In this document: piece by piece, positions 19,801 through 27,672 of the stretch
How the letters are laid out: each line of letters begins with the position of its first letter
Position numbering within the stretch: position 1 is the stretch's first letter
Source of the DNA: Cyanobacteria bacterium P01_D01_bin.156
GTDB lineage: Bacteria; Cyanobacteriota; Cyanobacteriia; Phormidesmidales; Phormidesmidaceae
Reading direction: 5' to 3'
Length of the DNA stretch: 64,000 nucleotides
NCBI GenBank assembly: GCA_039024555.1
Contig: JBCCQQ010000008.1
Location: 1-64,000 of the forward strand
Notes under the pieces: generated by a model
What the model was told of the DNA's origin: nothing
Databases searched by the model: none
What the model saw: only the letters and a program-made list of their open reading frames with translations
Program-made: the position numbers and the translations under genes

Positions 19801-20776
19801 TAAAGGCTAGGGTATAGTCGCTGTCCGCACCCAGCTGTTGAATTGCAAAGGTGTAGGTACCCGCAGGTAGTGGCCCTTCAAATCCTTGGCCTTCAAAATT
19901 AGCTCCATTGGAGCCATTGCCAATGTTGTCGAGAATGTCAGTACCTACAGCGCTGGCACCAAACAGGGTATACCCCAGGAATTCACTAGTATCTGCGCTG
20001 TTGTCCAGGGGTTCAGTAAATGTAGACCCTTCTTGCACACCAATAAAGGCTACATCATTGGGGCTGTAGGACTCTAGATTAATAGAATCCAACTGGGACC
20101 CTTCAGGAATAGTAACGGTTACATACTCTTGGTCACCGCCACCGGTAGTCGCCGAAAGACGAGTTGTTCCTTCAGATAGCTCTAATGGCAGGGGAGCATC
20201 AGGATTATCGGAAATATCTCCGCTAACAGCTTCGTCATAGCCGTTGGCAGGGGGTGCAGGTGGTTCAGGCTCACTGGGCAACTGGTCTACTGTGTCTGCA
20301 AACAACACCACACTATTAGCCGCATTCGGATCAACAGTGTAGTCACTAACATTAGTGATACTGGTTTGATCCTCGGGTGCAATTTGGTCTGCTGTGAGCA
20401 ACGAAAATGTTGCATTTACCAGTCCATCAAAGGTCTCTGGCAAAAACGTATCGGGCTCAATATTATCAAAAATATCTAGAGTAACTGTTGCAAATGTAGC
20501 GCCTTCAGTAATTTGAACCGCTAGACCAGAATTGTCAAAATTGGTCTGGGTAGCTAGAAGGTTTAGATTTTCAACCCGGGGATTTGAGACCGCTCCGGGC
20601 AAATCTAGTCGATTTAAGATTTGCTCGGTATCGCTATCAAAATAAACTTTTAAGCCACCCGCAGGGGCTGGCTCATCTAAATCAAACCGAACTGTTAAAG
20701 AAGTCCCTTGATCTTCAACTAGAGCATTGAGCTCACCATCAAATGTTGTAGACGTGGACAAACTAACCTGAACCAC
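10853..20776 (-). CDS. Giant (about 3307 aa) acidic RTX/T1SS-type surface protein with Calx-beta-like repeats and four PPC/DVUA0089-like domains
   Basis: Start moved from TTG 20785 to GTG 20776 (GGAG upstream; matches paralogue start MVQVSLSTST). Four copies of DTI..A...EDVDM(Y/F)..L.AG....D....LR.F.A.G.....L.FT....GTYY.G.S...Y.P...SG...Y; many Calx-beta-like repeats; RTX C-terminus. Confidence 0.85.
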   Translation of the reverse strand: MVQVSLSTSTTFDGELNALVEDQGTSLTVRFDLDEPAPAGGLKVYFDSDTEQILNRLDLPGAVSNPRVENLNLLATQTNFDNSGLAVQITEGATFATVTLDIFDNIEPDTFLPETFDGLVNATFSLLTADQIAPEDQTSITNVSDYTVDPNAANSVVLFADTVDQLPSEPEPPAPPANGYDEAVSGDISDNPDAPLPLELSEGTTRLSATTGGGDQEYVTVTIPEGSQLDSINLESYSPNDVAFIGVQEGSTFTEPLDNSADTSEFLGYTLFGASAVGTDILDNIGNGSNGANFEGQGFEGPLPAGTYTFAIQQLGADSDYTLAFNVGEATIVEPPVDPPVDPPVDPPVDPPTNPPVSGPPVVSFEVTPNTFSEESANNLVEWKWTVTGDFPDDGLVVNMDTSGGGFAFAFTEQFAADPPSEFVDADIVGFDDTGRINIRLDSPEASFKLYFANDIIEEGTQPFDFFLVDGDGYAVDANVNGSVFTITDDNGGPGVGPTVGLSVSETNLAEGDPLTVTFTTEGDIPAEGVQVLVQSDVGGSLGQFDLADLGNLTTSGIAGLPEVGDGGGGSFLVTITEPVATIGLSVFDDILAEDPLDITFTIANGELYEVAPDAASTTLTISDEAQPAGPTVSLSVDNSTLIEGGDPVTLTISVDGEIPAEGLPILINDAASAGNQIRSLTEFDVGNVTTTGIAGFPSPAEGDSGFFVTVTEPTATITLAAFDDGADEDEAAESFTFAVIDGEAYEVDANASSITVNIVDPAPVEPTVSFSSDITTLIESEGSIVTFSFDVDGAIPEGGLPVSLQIDADQLEWFFEFDNNSRPRTNAETGSFDEVLLLGGNSTGIDGGRLIGTLLPPNFNTVELVLTENTASFEFEVFDDVFAEADENITLTLLDGDGYGVATDSAPVTLTLQDSPDGIIDGTSPVVALSVDSTTVAEGESLTVTFTVTGDIPAEGLPVFVDSNAAGVLGEFNPDAVEFTGLAAPPGPDTDAGGFVALISEGTATITLPVFKDGLGEGIETYTFNIVDGESYDPDPDASEVTLTIEETPPVISVDVVGGVFEGSDLLTPNLVENPEAGTSVLSLILQSDAPVPEEGLVVNVNTDLADLTEFFEGSNFVPTSFGGDVLGAIYDAEGNATGIQVRMNAFNTVVNFSEGLGLEGDGPHEVGFSVEAGENYIPATDSASITVYDTIDQVPAVTAVPEVAINIAEQRRPLSEGSGAITVDFTVTGDIPPEGVIVYVSTGERAGLGDFDLLNAGVVGGSFPPPDAQAGGFYFKINEPTASITLQAAVDEDVEGIEDVNVALQPLPGYTIAEDAGEATALLRDGRGSEIQVSLEGSPDVLVEADGTVSVHTISLSAPPPEEGLAITVQAPDLAEFDAGGLSLSDGVVITDVRGTEFDLLITEKEVTIELPVANDGVAEGLETATFILAEPGEDSEYQLDPESNTATFTIVDTADEVPAEGITDGRFDSIGDTIAEAEATGLSADNSNVTIEAAINGNFFNSNRTLTDNTEDVDMYSVELSAGDVLRLDIDARINRSSDESPDTILRLFDADGNQLAQSDDDFAPDELFAPGRQDSYLEFTPDADGTYYIGVSSFGNGEFGFDNAPYDPNVAGSGTGRSDGAYTLNLSLNDEPGASATEIPASTGEGPTVSLSATTATYDSDDNLIAPVLVQYTPEFRNASILTLSLAVDGEIPEGGVETYITTDVDLSTIFSTSQPFSSEGVEVLGAVYDDAGEPVGLKVNLTTNSGFINLNLDDPDEAPTDGEETITVTLEPAAGYAVGEGSVSATIYDTLEDVPELPTVPTVSISVSETDLIESEGNTTTLTFELNEAPPEGGLTINVDSGVRAALGEFDVFNAEIAGGAFPSPNFQASGFFFTMTEQTATITLAAFDETTNPEISAEDALEGIDELTFTVQPGAGYAIAPNSNAVTVTIADNPDSVVLGDGGDDGGDSGSGGLTETEFNDTIADAIASGLSATNPVFEISGEIDNSRATRNFVDATEDVDMYSFDLEAGQTIILDVDAGGTGSAGVEGSLLDNILRVFDAAGNEVAINENGGAPDEVFQANGDAYLEFTAPETGTYYAGISNLGNNFYDPNVQASGSGWIFEDRFEPGPYRFTATLKGAVAFDNDTVSTNNDTIANAQVLDLSAENSNIQVQAAFEQRYLDRDNTADATEDVDMFAVQLKAGDRITVDADSVLIDFEGFPSGPAPDLRIFNAAGEELEYVRIAGAPDEAFVAGRDAYLDFTATEAGTYYIGASQYRNDGYGPTEVGSGSGAVFSPQFGVLAGGEYTLDIALNPEGFTGEVYEAFDGTVADDAPTVSFTTTGGTFARGDVVVSDQIIESEDAGTAVLDFTFNVDGEIPEGGLEVFVTSDTDMTDYFEGLSSNPRVAVGGEITGGLYNSDGELIGFKAVLTANNARFPYNAAHREEDDPTAPETLTFSLASGPDYQVDDTTSVSEVVFYDDLAQVQATGGPVPEVAISVDTTELIESEGTELTLTVNVTGDIPEDGLLIAMDGQVPGTEDSARGFLGEFDVFNAEVTGGPFPSPNGSASGFFFRVFENTATIKLQVFDETTNDQIAPEDALEGVEDFTFSVLASDAYTIDATASSVDITIKDNPDSVPLTDDGGTGDGGDGGGDDVGSVVEDNDGRSTIDDTIETAVATGLSPNQTEVTVEGSIAVRWRNAAEQRADNTEDVDMYSFDLVAGETVSIDATSVPFELDGTTQVTAPTLRLFNAAGEEVAISGSEIGADPVADPSLDFTATENGTYYVGVSQYLNDNYDPLVNASGDGVQLVDEGISPGEYTLDLTLTTDRPAVPEVSLAITPAQVSEELPDNAFTATFTVDGEIPEVVLDADGNYVSGGLSVFLDVKEVAELGNQFEDFILDNLIFGPGVESAPPSVFEFILFEETSSISLTMFNDVIEEEAFTFNFELVNDLDGSDYIVNSDANMGSFELIDGVGGPGVGPTVGLSISETALEEGDSLTVNFTVDGEIPDGGVQVVVASNTLRALGEFVIFDENNNPAVESEGIAGFPIPYDGQGSSFLVTITEPTASLTLSVFEDGANEGPETFTFDILNGELYEVDPAASSATLTINDFETVGSDDADTLVGDENDNSIAGLGGDDTIAGSEGDDIILGGDGDDVLRGSLNNRSPQDGTDGGNDIIFGGAGNDRIGGKSGNDILSGDAGDDTIYGDDGDDILMGVTGNDILVGDNFSDGSGSDLFVFGSGDGTDTVLDFEVGIDRIGIVEGEFTFDDVTLTQDGANTVLGVSTTGETLAVLNNVQATALGESDFVTVPDVSNIDEALGLI
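19705..19775 (-). repeat. Proline-rich linker repeat (PPVD)x4-PPTNPPV within the CDS
   Basis: Protein EPPVDPPVDPPVDPPVDPPTNPPVSG; codons differ between units. Confidence 0.8.
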
Positions 20777-21128
20777 AGCGAACAAATCTCCAAACTATTC
20801 AACTACATGAGCGTCCAACGTTCCGATTCCTTAAATCCCCAAAAAAGAGAGCACCCTAAAGCACAGCTGCCCAAAAGCTAAGCATTCACATACCAACCAT
20901 GTGAGCTGAAGCTTTTAACAACAACATTAAAAAGCCTCGACCGCTTATCCCATTGAGAAGAGCAGCCAGAAGTCAAATTTATCGTTAGCAATATGCGCTT
21001 CTAAAGGACGTGTCTAATCGATAGGGTTTACTCCCGCTAGTAGTTTTCGACAATGATGCGTAACACGAGAAATTCAGAACATATACGGAGGTTTTCCTTT
21101 GAGCCCCCCTACAAACTCGAAGAAAAGT

Positions 21129-21279
21129 TAGTCAAAGAATGGTTGACTATCGTCAGACACAAAATGCTCCGTGTCTCCATAAACACAAAATGTCCCCGAA
21201 TTAGGAGTTAAAGGGATTAAACAACCAGTAGGTAATTTAATCCCCGAAAGCGGGTTATTGGGATCGGATGTCAATAACC
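21129..21279 (-). other. Cluster of four consecutive stem-loops in the leader region of the giant-gene array
   Basis: TAGTCAA/TTGACTA (21129-21149), AGACAC/GTGTCT (21155-21176), GGGATTAAA/TTTAATCCC (21213-21244), GGTTATTG/CAATAACC (21253-21279). Confidence 0.45.
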
Positions 21280-21730
21280 ACTGGACTTTATCGTATCACC
21301 CTTTTTTCTGCGAACTACAAACTATTTCTTAAAAAGTTATTACGAACACTTTATTAAATGAAGCATAGTGGTCGCCTTACAAATGAAGCTTACACAATGA
21401 GTTTTTCTTATGCTTTAAGCTTTTTTTTTACAAAAAACCACCAGAAATTAGCCCTTCATAAAGGGCCTACAATATATACAGGAAGAGCATCACACTACTT
21501 ATATTCATTTAAGCCCCCCCTCTTTCTTGCGAAAACCTATACATTGTTATTGAGACAACATTTTGAGGTCTGAAATTTTGAAAACTAGCCAACATCAGAT
21601 TTAGATGACAGCTTGTTTAACATATTCATCACCTTCAGAAACAACATGTGCACCATAGAGTTTTTTATTAAGAATGAATGCCATTAAATAATAAAGTTCA
21701 TTGAAAAACTTCAAAGTTTTTTGCTGGAAC

Positions 21731-21745
21731 TTGCAAATTTTGCAA
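21731..21745. promoter_or_regulatory. Perfect 7-1-7 palindrome, candidate operator
   Basis: TTGCAAA-T-TTTGCAA in the 1.07-kb intergenic region. Confidence 0.3.
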
Positions 21746-21858
21746 ATCTCGGCAAAAAACTATTCGTCAACAATATGGCTAAACTTATCGAGGCTTTAGC
21801 GTTCAGATCCCTTACCTTGAAGGGGTTCACGGATAATCGAAGCTTGTATTAACAAGGA

Positions 21859-23196
21859 CTAATCTTTTGTTGATATTGTCAAGGCACTATCTGCATCAGG
21901 AATCAGCTGTTCCACATCTCTCAAAGTTGCAAACCCATAGCCCAGTAGACCTACACTCATCATTAAAATTGCACTTATCCCATACATCAGAGCAATGCCA
22001 CTGCCAGGCCCAGTGCCAAACCATGAACCAAATACAGGTGCCAGCCAGCCATCGGAGGTCATTGCCGGTTCAAAGATATAGTCGGCCATAGGTCCAGCCA
22101 TTAAAGGCGCGATCGCACCGACCACTAAACCGATTAACGTATCTGCCGCCAGCACCTTCCCTTGAATTGCTGAAGGTACTTTGGCATACCAGATGGCATT
22201 ACTAGAACTAAACACTAGCGGTGTATGCAGGTGGGCAAAGAACTGAGCCGGAAACCAAATCCATGGGGCCTGCCCTAGACCCAAGACAAGTTTGCTTAAG
22301 CCTGTACCAATAAAGCCTAACAACATGCCATGAATCCGACGATTAAAGCCGCCCCAAATGCTTACTGCAATCGCCCCCACCACACCACCCACTCCGGCCA
22401 TTGTCGTGACTGCCCCCAAGATTTGAGCATCACCACCGGTGCGGGCCAAAATCATGGGATTGTATAGGGCTCGCCCCATATCATTAGGAATTGCAAATAG
22501 GGTAAAGGCTATCACCATGGCACTGAGGCCAGGACTCGACTTGATGTAGCGAAATCCAAAGGTTAAATCTTTTAGGCTAAATTTCAGATCTGGACCATTT
22601 TGTTGTGAGAAATCTTTCTCTTGACTAGTCTCTTTAGATGGCTGAGGTAGTTTTACCGAAAGTAACGTTCCAAAAGCCACCGTGAATGTGAGTAAGTCAA
22701 TCACCATGATGCCTCCCAATCCAATCTGTGGATAGAGACTACCTGCCAGCGCTGGTGACAAAATTGCCGCTACAAACCCGACTGCCGCATTTAAGCTACC
22801 TGCACGGGTATATTGTGCTTTAGGCACCATCAAGGCGATAGAAGCTGAGTAGGCTAACTGTTGCAGCTGGCTAAAACAGCCATGGATAGCCATCACTAGA
22901 CAGAGATGCCATATCTGCAGATTCCCTGTCAGCCACAGTCCACCGACAACGGCCGTTGCCAGTGCAGCACTGGTATCACCCAGTAGCATCAGTCGCTGTC
23001 GATTAAATCGATCGGTGATTATTCCTGCAAATAGGGTGACAACAATACGCGGTAACTGGGCAAAAAATAACACTAGGGTAAGGGCCGTTGCCGATTCTGT
23101 TTGGTCCCATACCCAAAGGGTTAGGGCAAACACTGTCATAAAACTGCCTAGCGTAGAAACAAGCTGCCCTACCCAAATGGTCAGAAACGTTTTCAC
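21859..23196 (-). CDS. MFS transporter (DHA3/MefA/EntS-like exporter)
   Basis: 445 aa with many hydrophobic segments; N-terminus FLTIWVGQLVSTLGS; motif A GIITDRFNRQR. Starts 4 nt after the receptor stop codon. Confidence 0.9.
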   Translation of the reverse strand: MKTFLTIWVGQLVSTLGSFMTVFALTLWVWDQTESATALTLVLFFAQLPRIVVTLFAGIITDRFNRQRLMLLGDTSAALATAVVGGLWLTGNLQIWHLCLVMAIHGCFSQLQQLAYSASIALMVPKAQYTRAGSLNAAVGFVAAILSPALAGSLYPQIGLGGIMVIDLLTFTVAFGTLLSVKLPQPSKETSQEKDFSQQNGPDLKFSLKDLTFGFRYIKSSPGLSAMVIAFTLFAIPNDMGRALYNPMILARTGGDAQILGAVTTMAGVGGVVGAIAVSIWGGFNRRIHGMLLGFIGTGLSKLVLGLGQAPWIWFPAQFFAHLHTPLVFSSSNAIWYAKVPSAIQGKVLAADTLIGLVVGAIAPLMAGPMADYIFEPAMTSDGWLAPVFGSWFGTGPGSGIALMYGISAILMMSVGLLGYGFATLRDVEQLIPDADSALTISTKD

Positions 23197-23200
23197 CTGA

Positions 23201-25897
23201 CTAAAACTCCCAGTTTAAGCTGGCCTCTACTGAAAAAGGGGCACCTGGATTAACCCGAAACTGATCTCGAGCGCTCTCAAAGTATCGAATGTCAAATAGG
23301 TTTTCAAAATTCAGCTGCGCTCTGAAGTTCTCTCGACGATAAAAGAGGGAAGCATCTACAACTGTGTAGCCAGGCAATGTGAATGGAATACGCAAATCGC
23401 CATTACGATCTCCCTGAAAATAGACTCCTATACCTGCCCCTAAACCAGCAAGTTCACCGCTTTGAATTTCGTAGGATGTCCATAAATTGGCAGAATGTTC
23501 AGGTACATTGAGAAGCCTTACTCCTTCACCAAATTCATTATCTTCGGTAATGCGGGCATCGGTATAGGCGTAGTTAGCAATGATGTTCCAACCCGGCAAA
23601 ATTTCTCCTACGATGTCCAGTTCCACACCATCACTAGCTTGTTCACCCACCTGAATCTGAAATCCATCATTACCAGGTGTGGGGTCCTGGGTGACAACAT
23701 TGCTACGGCGCAATTGGTAATAGGCTAAACCAATAGATAAACGATCATTTAGTAGGTTAGCCTTAATTCCCGTTTCAAACTGCTTGCCTTCCTCAGGAAT
23801 AAACACATCTCCATCAACATCTCGACCGAGGGTAGGATTAAACGATTCTGTATAGCTAGCGTACAGAGATACATTTTCTGCTGGTTTGAGAACCGCCCCA
23901 AAGCGAGGACTAAACGCCGTGTCATAGGTATCAATAGCCGACGTATCCCCCCGATTCAGAAAATCTTGGAAAAACTGATCGGCAATATCAAACCGACCAC
24001 CGGCAAGGAGCAGTAACTTGTCAGCCAAATTAAGCTGAGCTTGACCATACAGTCCCAAAGTTGTTGTCTCGGTAACACTATTACTACCGGGCCGCTCAGG
24101 GCTGATGAAACCAGTTTCACTGGGAAAGAATCGCTGAGAGTCATAGTTAGGGTCAAAAATCCGAAACGTTTCACTCTCAGGTGACAGAAAGTTAAAAAAT
24201 AGCCTCTGGTTAATGATATCTATAGCATTTTCATGGGAAAACTCGGCTCCCAGTAGCAGCGTTTGATCAAAGCCTCCAACATCAATATTGCCGACAATAT
24301 TGGTATTGAACGTATAAATATCTCGACGACTAATGTTCTCAATATAGACTCGATCTAACAAACCAAAGTCGGGCTGGCCAGCAACTTGAGAAAATCCCGT
24401 AGCAACAATAGAACTACTCTCGGGCGTATCTTGAAACGCTCCTAGAAACTCCCCTCTGACAGTCCAATCGTCACTTAGCTCGTGGCGAAGTCGAACCCCT
24501 AGGCGAGAAATGGTAGTTTCGCTGGATGTAATATCCGGTTCCCCCAGGTTGGAATCTAAATCCAGAGTTCCCACCAGCGGATCGTCCTCAGGAGATAGGG
24601 CTATTAATTGGGGCAGGTCATTATCATCGGCACCAATGGCTGACACAGCAGGCACTCCCGGTGCGTCTCCATCTGTTAGAGTCTCAAGATATTCAATGTC
24701 CACAAGCAGACTGCTACGGTCCGTGTTAGCCAGCTCAAAGGTAGGGGCAAAAAAGAAAAATTGGCTATTTTCGAAATCCTTAAAGCTACCCCGATCCTCA
24801 TAGGCCATGTTTAAGCGGTAGCCTAAAGTGCCTTCTTCATTGAGGGGGCCTGTCAGATCCAAGGAACCACCGTAAAGCTCATTACTATCGGTAGATAGTT
24901 CAAACTCGTAGCGGGGCTCATCCAGGGGGACCTCAGTCACTAGGTTGATCGTACCGCCCAGGTTACCGGCACCAAACAGAACTGAAGCCGGGCCTTTGAG
25001 GATTTCAATACGCTCGATGTTGTTCAATCCTGAGCTAATACGTAACGTGTCATCTCGCAATCCATTGCGAAGCACGTTGTCACTTTCAAATCCTCGAATG
25101 ATAGCCGTTGTAGCCCGCAAACCAGTTGATGCTCGTCCAGCATTTACACCGCTGGCATTACGCAGGGTATCACTCAAACTTCTAGATGCTTGATCCTCGA
25201 CAACAGCATCGGGGATCACCTGAATTCCTTGGGGTACATCCAGCGGGTCGGTATCGGTACGTGTGCCTGCACTGGCCGTAGGCACACGATAGCTGGGCAG
25301 GGGCTCGGCTGCTACGATAATGCGCAGGTTACCGGTGCCCTCAAAATCTAAATCATTATCTGTTGTCCCCAGAGCTGTGGTGACAATGTCTAATCTAAGT
25401 GCATCCTCTGCACGCTCAAGGTAGGCATTCGGAGCTGTTTCTCCTGTGCCAACAATGGTCATCTGAACTTCATTGCCCCGCTGCTCAAGCGTGAGAGATT
25501 CCACTGTCGGGACAGGACTAAGCTTTTTATACGTATCTCCATCAGGCAGGGCTAGCTCAGCTTTAGCAATATCAATTACTAAGGTATTTTGCTCCTGAAA
25601 CTGAAATACCTCGACTAAAGCTGGGTCAGAGGTGACTAAAACAACTAGAAGACCATCCTCTAGCTCTGTCAAAACTACATCGGTAATTTGTGCAATCTGC
25701 TCTAGCTCTGGCAACGGTGGCTCTGGCAGTGGCGGTGCCTCTGGCGGAGAAATCGATTCATCAACTGGCTCCGATGTAGCTGCTTGGGCGTAGCTTGCCT
25801 GTGGGGCTGATAACAGTGCAGTAAGTTGAAAGATTAAGATTGGCGCGATCGCAAAACTGCTGTAACGGCAGCTAACATACTCAACAAATGATTTCAT
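23201..25897 (-). CDS. TonB-dependent siderophore receptor with probable N-terminal AMIN-like extension
   Basis: Plug motifs GTRTDT..DVPQGIQVI, IIRGF, ERIEILKGPASVLFG..GGTINLVT; barrel motifs YASYTESFNP, GKQFETGIK; C-terminal Phe (LNWEF). Confidence 0.95.
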   Translation of the reverse strand: MKSFVEYVSCRYSSFAIAPILIFQLTALLSAPQASYAQAATSEPVDESISPPEAPPLPEPPLPELEQIAQITDVVLTELEDGLLVVLVTSDPALVEVFQFQEQNTLVIDIAKAELALPDGDTYKKLSPVPTVESLTLEQRGNEVQMTIVGTGETAPNAYLERAEDALRLDIVTTALGTTDNDLDFEGTGNLRIIVAAEPLPSYRVPTASAGTRTDTDPLDVPQGIQVIPDAVVEDQASRSLSDTLRNASGVNAGRASTGLRATTAIIRGFESDNVLRNGLRDDTLRISSGLNNIERIEILKGPASVLFGAGNLGGTINLVTEVPLDEPRYEFELSTDSNELYGGSLDLTGPLNEEGTLGYRLNMAYEDRGSFKDFENSQFFFFAPTFELANTDRSSLLVDIEYLETLTDGDAPGVPAVSAIGADDNDLPQLIALSPEDDPLVGTLDLDSNLGEPDITSSETTISRLGVRLRHELSDDWTVRGEFLGAFQDTPESSSIVATGFSQVAGQPDFGLLDRVYIENISRRDIYTFNTNIVGNIDVGGFDQTLLLGAEFSHENAIDIINQRLFFNFLSPESETFRIFDPNYDSQRFFPSETGFISPERPGSNSVTETTTLGLYGQAQLNLADKLLLLAGGRFDIADQFFQDFLNRGDTSAIDTYDTAFSPRFGAVLKPAENVSLYASYTESFNPTLGRDVDGDVFIPEEGKQFETGIKANLLNDRLSIGLAYYQLRRSNVVTQDPTPGNDGFQIQVGEQASDGVELDIVGEILPGWNIIANYAYTDARITEDNEFGEGVRLLNVPEHSANLWTSYEIQSGELAGLGAGIGVYFQGDRNGDLRIPFTLPGYTVVDASLFYRRENFRAQLNFENLFDIRYFESARDQFRVNPGAPFSVEASLNWEF

Positions 25898-26059
25898 GGA
25901 CGTTTTCTACTTTCTTTGCGCCATTGCCAAGACAACCAAAGACCGACAGTGGAAATAACTAAAAAAAACACCAGCAACAACCAATGGTCCCAACGAGCGG
26001 AGTCAAAACTTTCGCCAACCGTAATAAGCTCCCTGGCCCTCTGAAGCAATTCTTGAATA

Positions 26060-27319
26060 CTATTCATTGTCCGCCTCTAGTTCACCAGCAGGCTTAACGA
26101 TCTCAGGCACTGGTGTTCTAACAACAGACGATTGCGTCAGAGGGCTCACTGAAACTTCAGGAGAAGATGTGGGCTCAGAGCTGGACAAAACTGGACTGCC
26201 TTCAACGGCTTCTGCAGGAGGTTCATCTGTAATTTGTTGTGCTGGGGGCGATTCTACGAACGGCTCTGATGCAAGAGGTACCTGCGGAGGCGCTCCCACT
26301 GAACTAGTTGGAAGTTCGCTCGATGATCCTTCAGATACCGACGAGTTAACCACTGCCCCTGGGACTCTATGGAGCGATGTGCCAGAGGCCCCTTCATTCC
26401 TACTCACTGTAGCTTCCTGAGATGGTCTTGGTCCATTGGACTGCCTTAATGGCAGGTCTATGGAACGAATTTCACCTGCTTGCTGGGCTTCAGTGTACTG
26501 GGCTGAGCCCTGCATCACGAATGCCACATCTACAGACACCTGCCCACCACTTCTCTGAGAGTCTCGCAACCGCCAATTTAACGCTTCATCCAGAGCAGCC
26601 TGATCAAACGCTGTATTACCGCTAGAAACTTCAATCTCAGCCTTAATGACTCGACCACTTTCGTCATAGATAACGTTAATAACAGGCTGTCCTTCAAGTT
26701 GTTCACGACGCTCAGTTAAAGGATACTCTGGCAGTGAGCAAGGGTCACAGGTGACGGAACGAAAAGGATTGCGACGAAGGGCAAGGGATGTTTCTGGAAT
26801 TTGTTGACGAGCAGGACTTGGCTCGACGGGCAGGTTTATTTGCGGAACATCACTTTCGATTGGATCACCTGATCCCGAAACTAAACCAATCGCCGTAGAA
26901 TTACCAACGGCTCCTTGACCATCCACTGCACTCTCTGAAGTTGAGATTGCAGCATCCGTTTGCACAACATCCGCTGACCTCACCTCTGCCGGAATTGGAT
27001 CAGCCGCTGTAGGCTGTGGTGGAGCCGAGGGTGTTTCAGCGGCAGCCGCAGGCTCATCAGAGAGCAATTCTTCCTCAGGTTTTTCTTCGGGTGGGGGCTG
27101 AGATACCTCTTCTTCGATTACAACAACCTCGATGGGTGTGGACTCAAACTCAGGTGTAGCCCCTAGAGGGCCTAAAATACGCGATGCGAACCTAGCGACC
27201 AGAGGGACCGAATATAAATGAAAACCAGCGGCAATCAGACTACCAATAGCCAAGACTCGCCACATAATGCGGATTTCTTGACGGTACTGTTCAAAACATT
27301 CTTTAGAAAAGCCCATCAC
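26060..27319 (-). CDS. tonB: TonB energy transducer
   Basis: N-terminal TM with S..FH; Pro/Glu-rich spacer; TonB_C domain (PEYP..R..Q.EG...SGRV....I..SSGN..FDQAA); extra Ser/Pro-rich tail. Confidence 0.85.
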   Translation of the reverse strand: MMGFSKECFEQYRQEIRIMWRVLAIGSLIAAGFHLYSVPLVARFASRILGPLGATPEFESTPIEVVVIEEEVSQPPPEEKPEEELLSDEPAAAAETPSAPPQPTAADPIPAEVRSADVVQTDAAISTSESAVDGQGAVGNSTAIGLVSGSGDPIESDVPQINLPVEPSPARQQIPETSLALRRNPFRSVTCDPCSLPEYPLTERREQLEGQPVINVIYDESGRVIKAEIEVSSGNTAFDQAALDEALNWRLRDSQRSGGQVSVDVAFVMQGSAQYTEAQQAGEIRSIDLPLRQSNGPRPSQEATVSRNEGASGTSLHRVPGAVVNSSVSEGSSSELPTSSVGAPPQVPLASEPFVESPPAQQITDEPPAEAVEGSPVLSSSEPTSSPEVSVSPLTQSSVVRTPVPEIVKPAGELEADNE

Positions 27320-27402
27320 AACCCCACTAATACACCGTTACTACGAGCCTCTTGCACCCCAATAACTATAAACCCAACTAAAGTAAATTAGTTTCCAAGC
27401 CT

Positions 27403-27421
27403 ATCAGTAATAATTCGCAAT
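27403..27421. promoter_or_regulatory. Fur-box-like site in the divergent tonB/exbB promoter
   Basis: ATCAGTAATAATTCGCAAT matches 14/19 to the box at 29018, with the same flanks (CT before, AT after). Confidence 0.5.
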
Positions 27422-27672
27422 ATACCAGACAATAAACAAGTATTAATCCATGCTCTGGTTAGCCAGCCAGCAAAGATTCATGGGCAATCCCGCAGATAGC
27501 TTCGATTTTTCCAAAGGTCAGCAATCACATTTGACATTTAATTGCATTAAGCCGTATTCTGGTAAGCTGCTAAGTAAAACTACTGATGTAAAAGAGTCAG
27601 GTATGTCGGCTATGGCTCTTCAAGTTTTTCTTACAGTTGACCTCCATAGAAGTCTTAGAAAGGGAAGGTTTT

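Noticed and set aside
1234..20077. Many plus-strand Ser/Pro/Thr-rich ORFs over the giant genes, some repeated three times
   Set aside because: Antisense shadows of the acidic repetitive genes; their repetition mirrors the shared C-terminal cassette.
5588..20776. Apparent scarcity of HIP1 in the two largest genes as a sign of horizontal transfer
   Set aside because: Not counted rigorously, and amino-acid bias or high expression could explain it.
21549..21567. Fur-like half site ATTGAGAC upstream of the giant array
   Set aside because: The second half does not match; too weak in AT-rich DNA.
20786..21858. Known riboswitch (cobalamin, c-di-GMP) or CRISPR array in the long intergenic region
   Set aside because: No consensus boxes recognised and no regularly spaced direct repeats.
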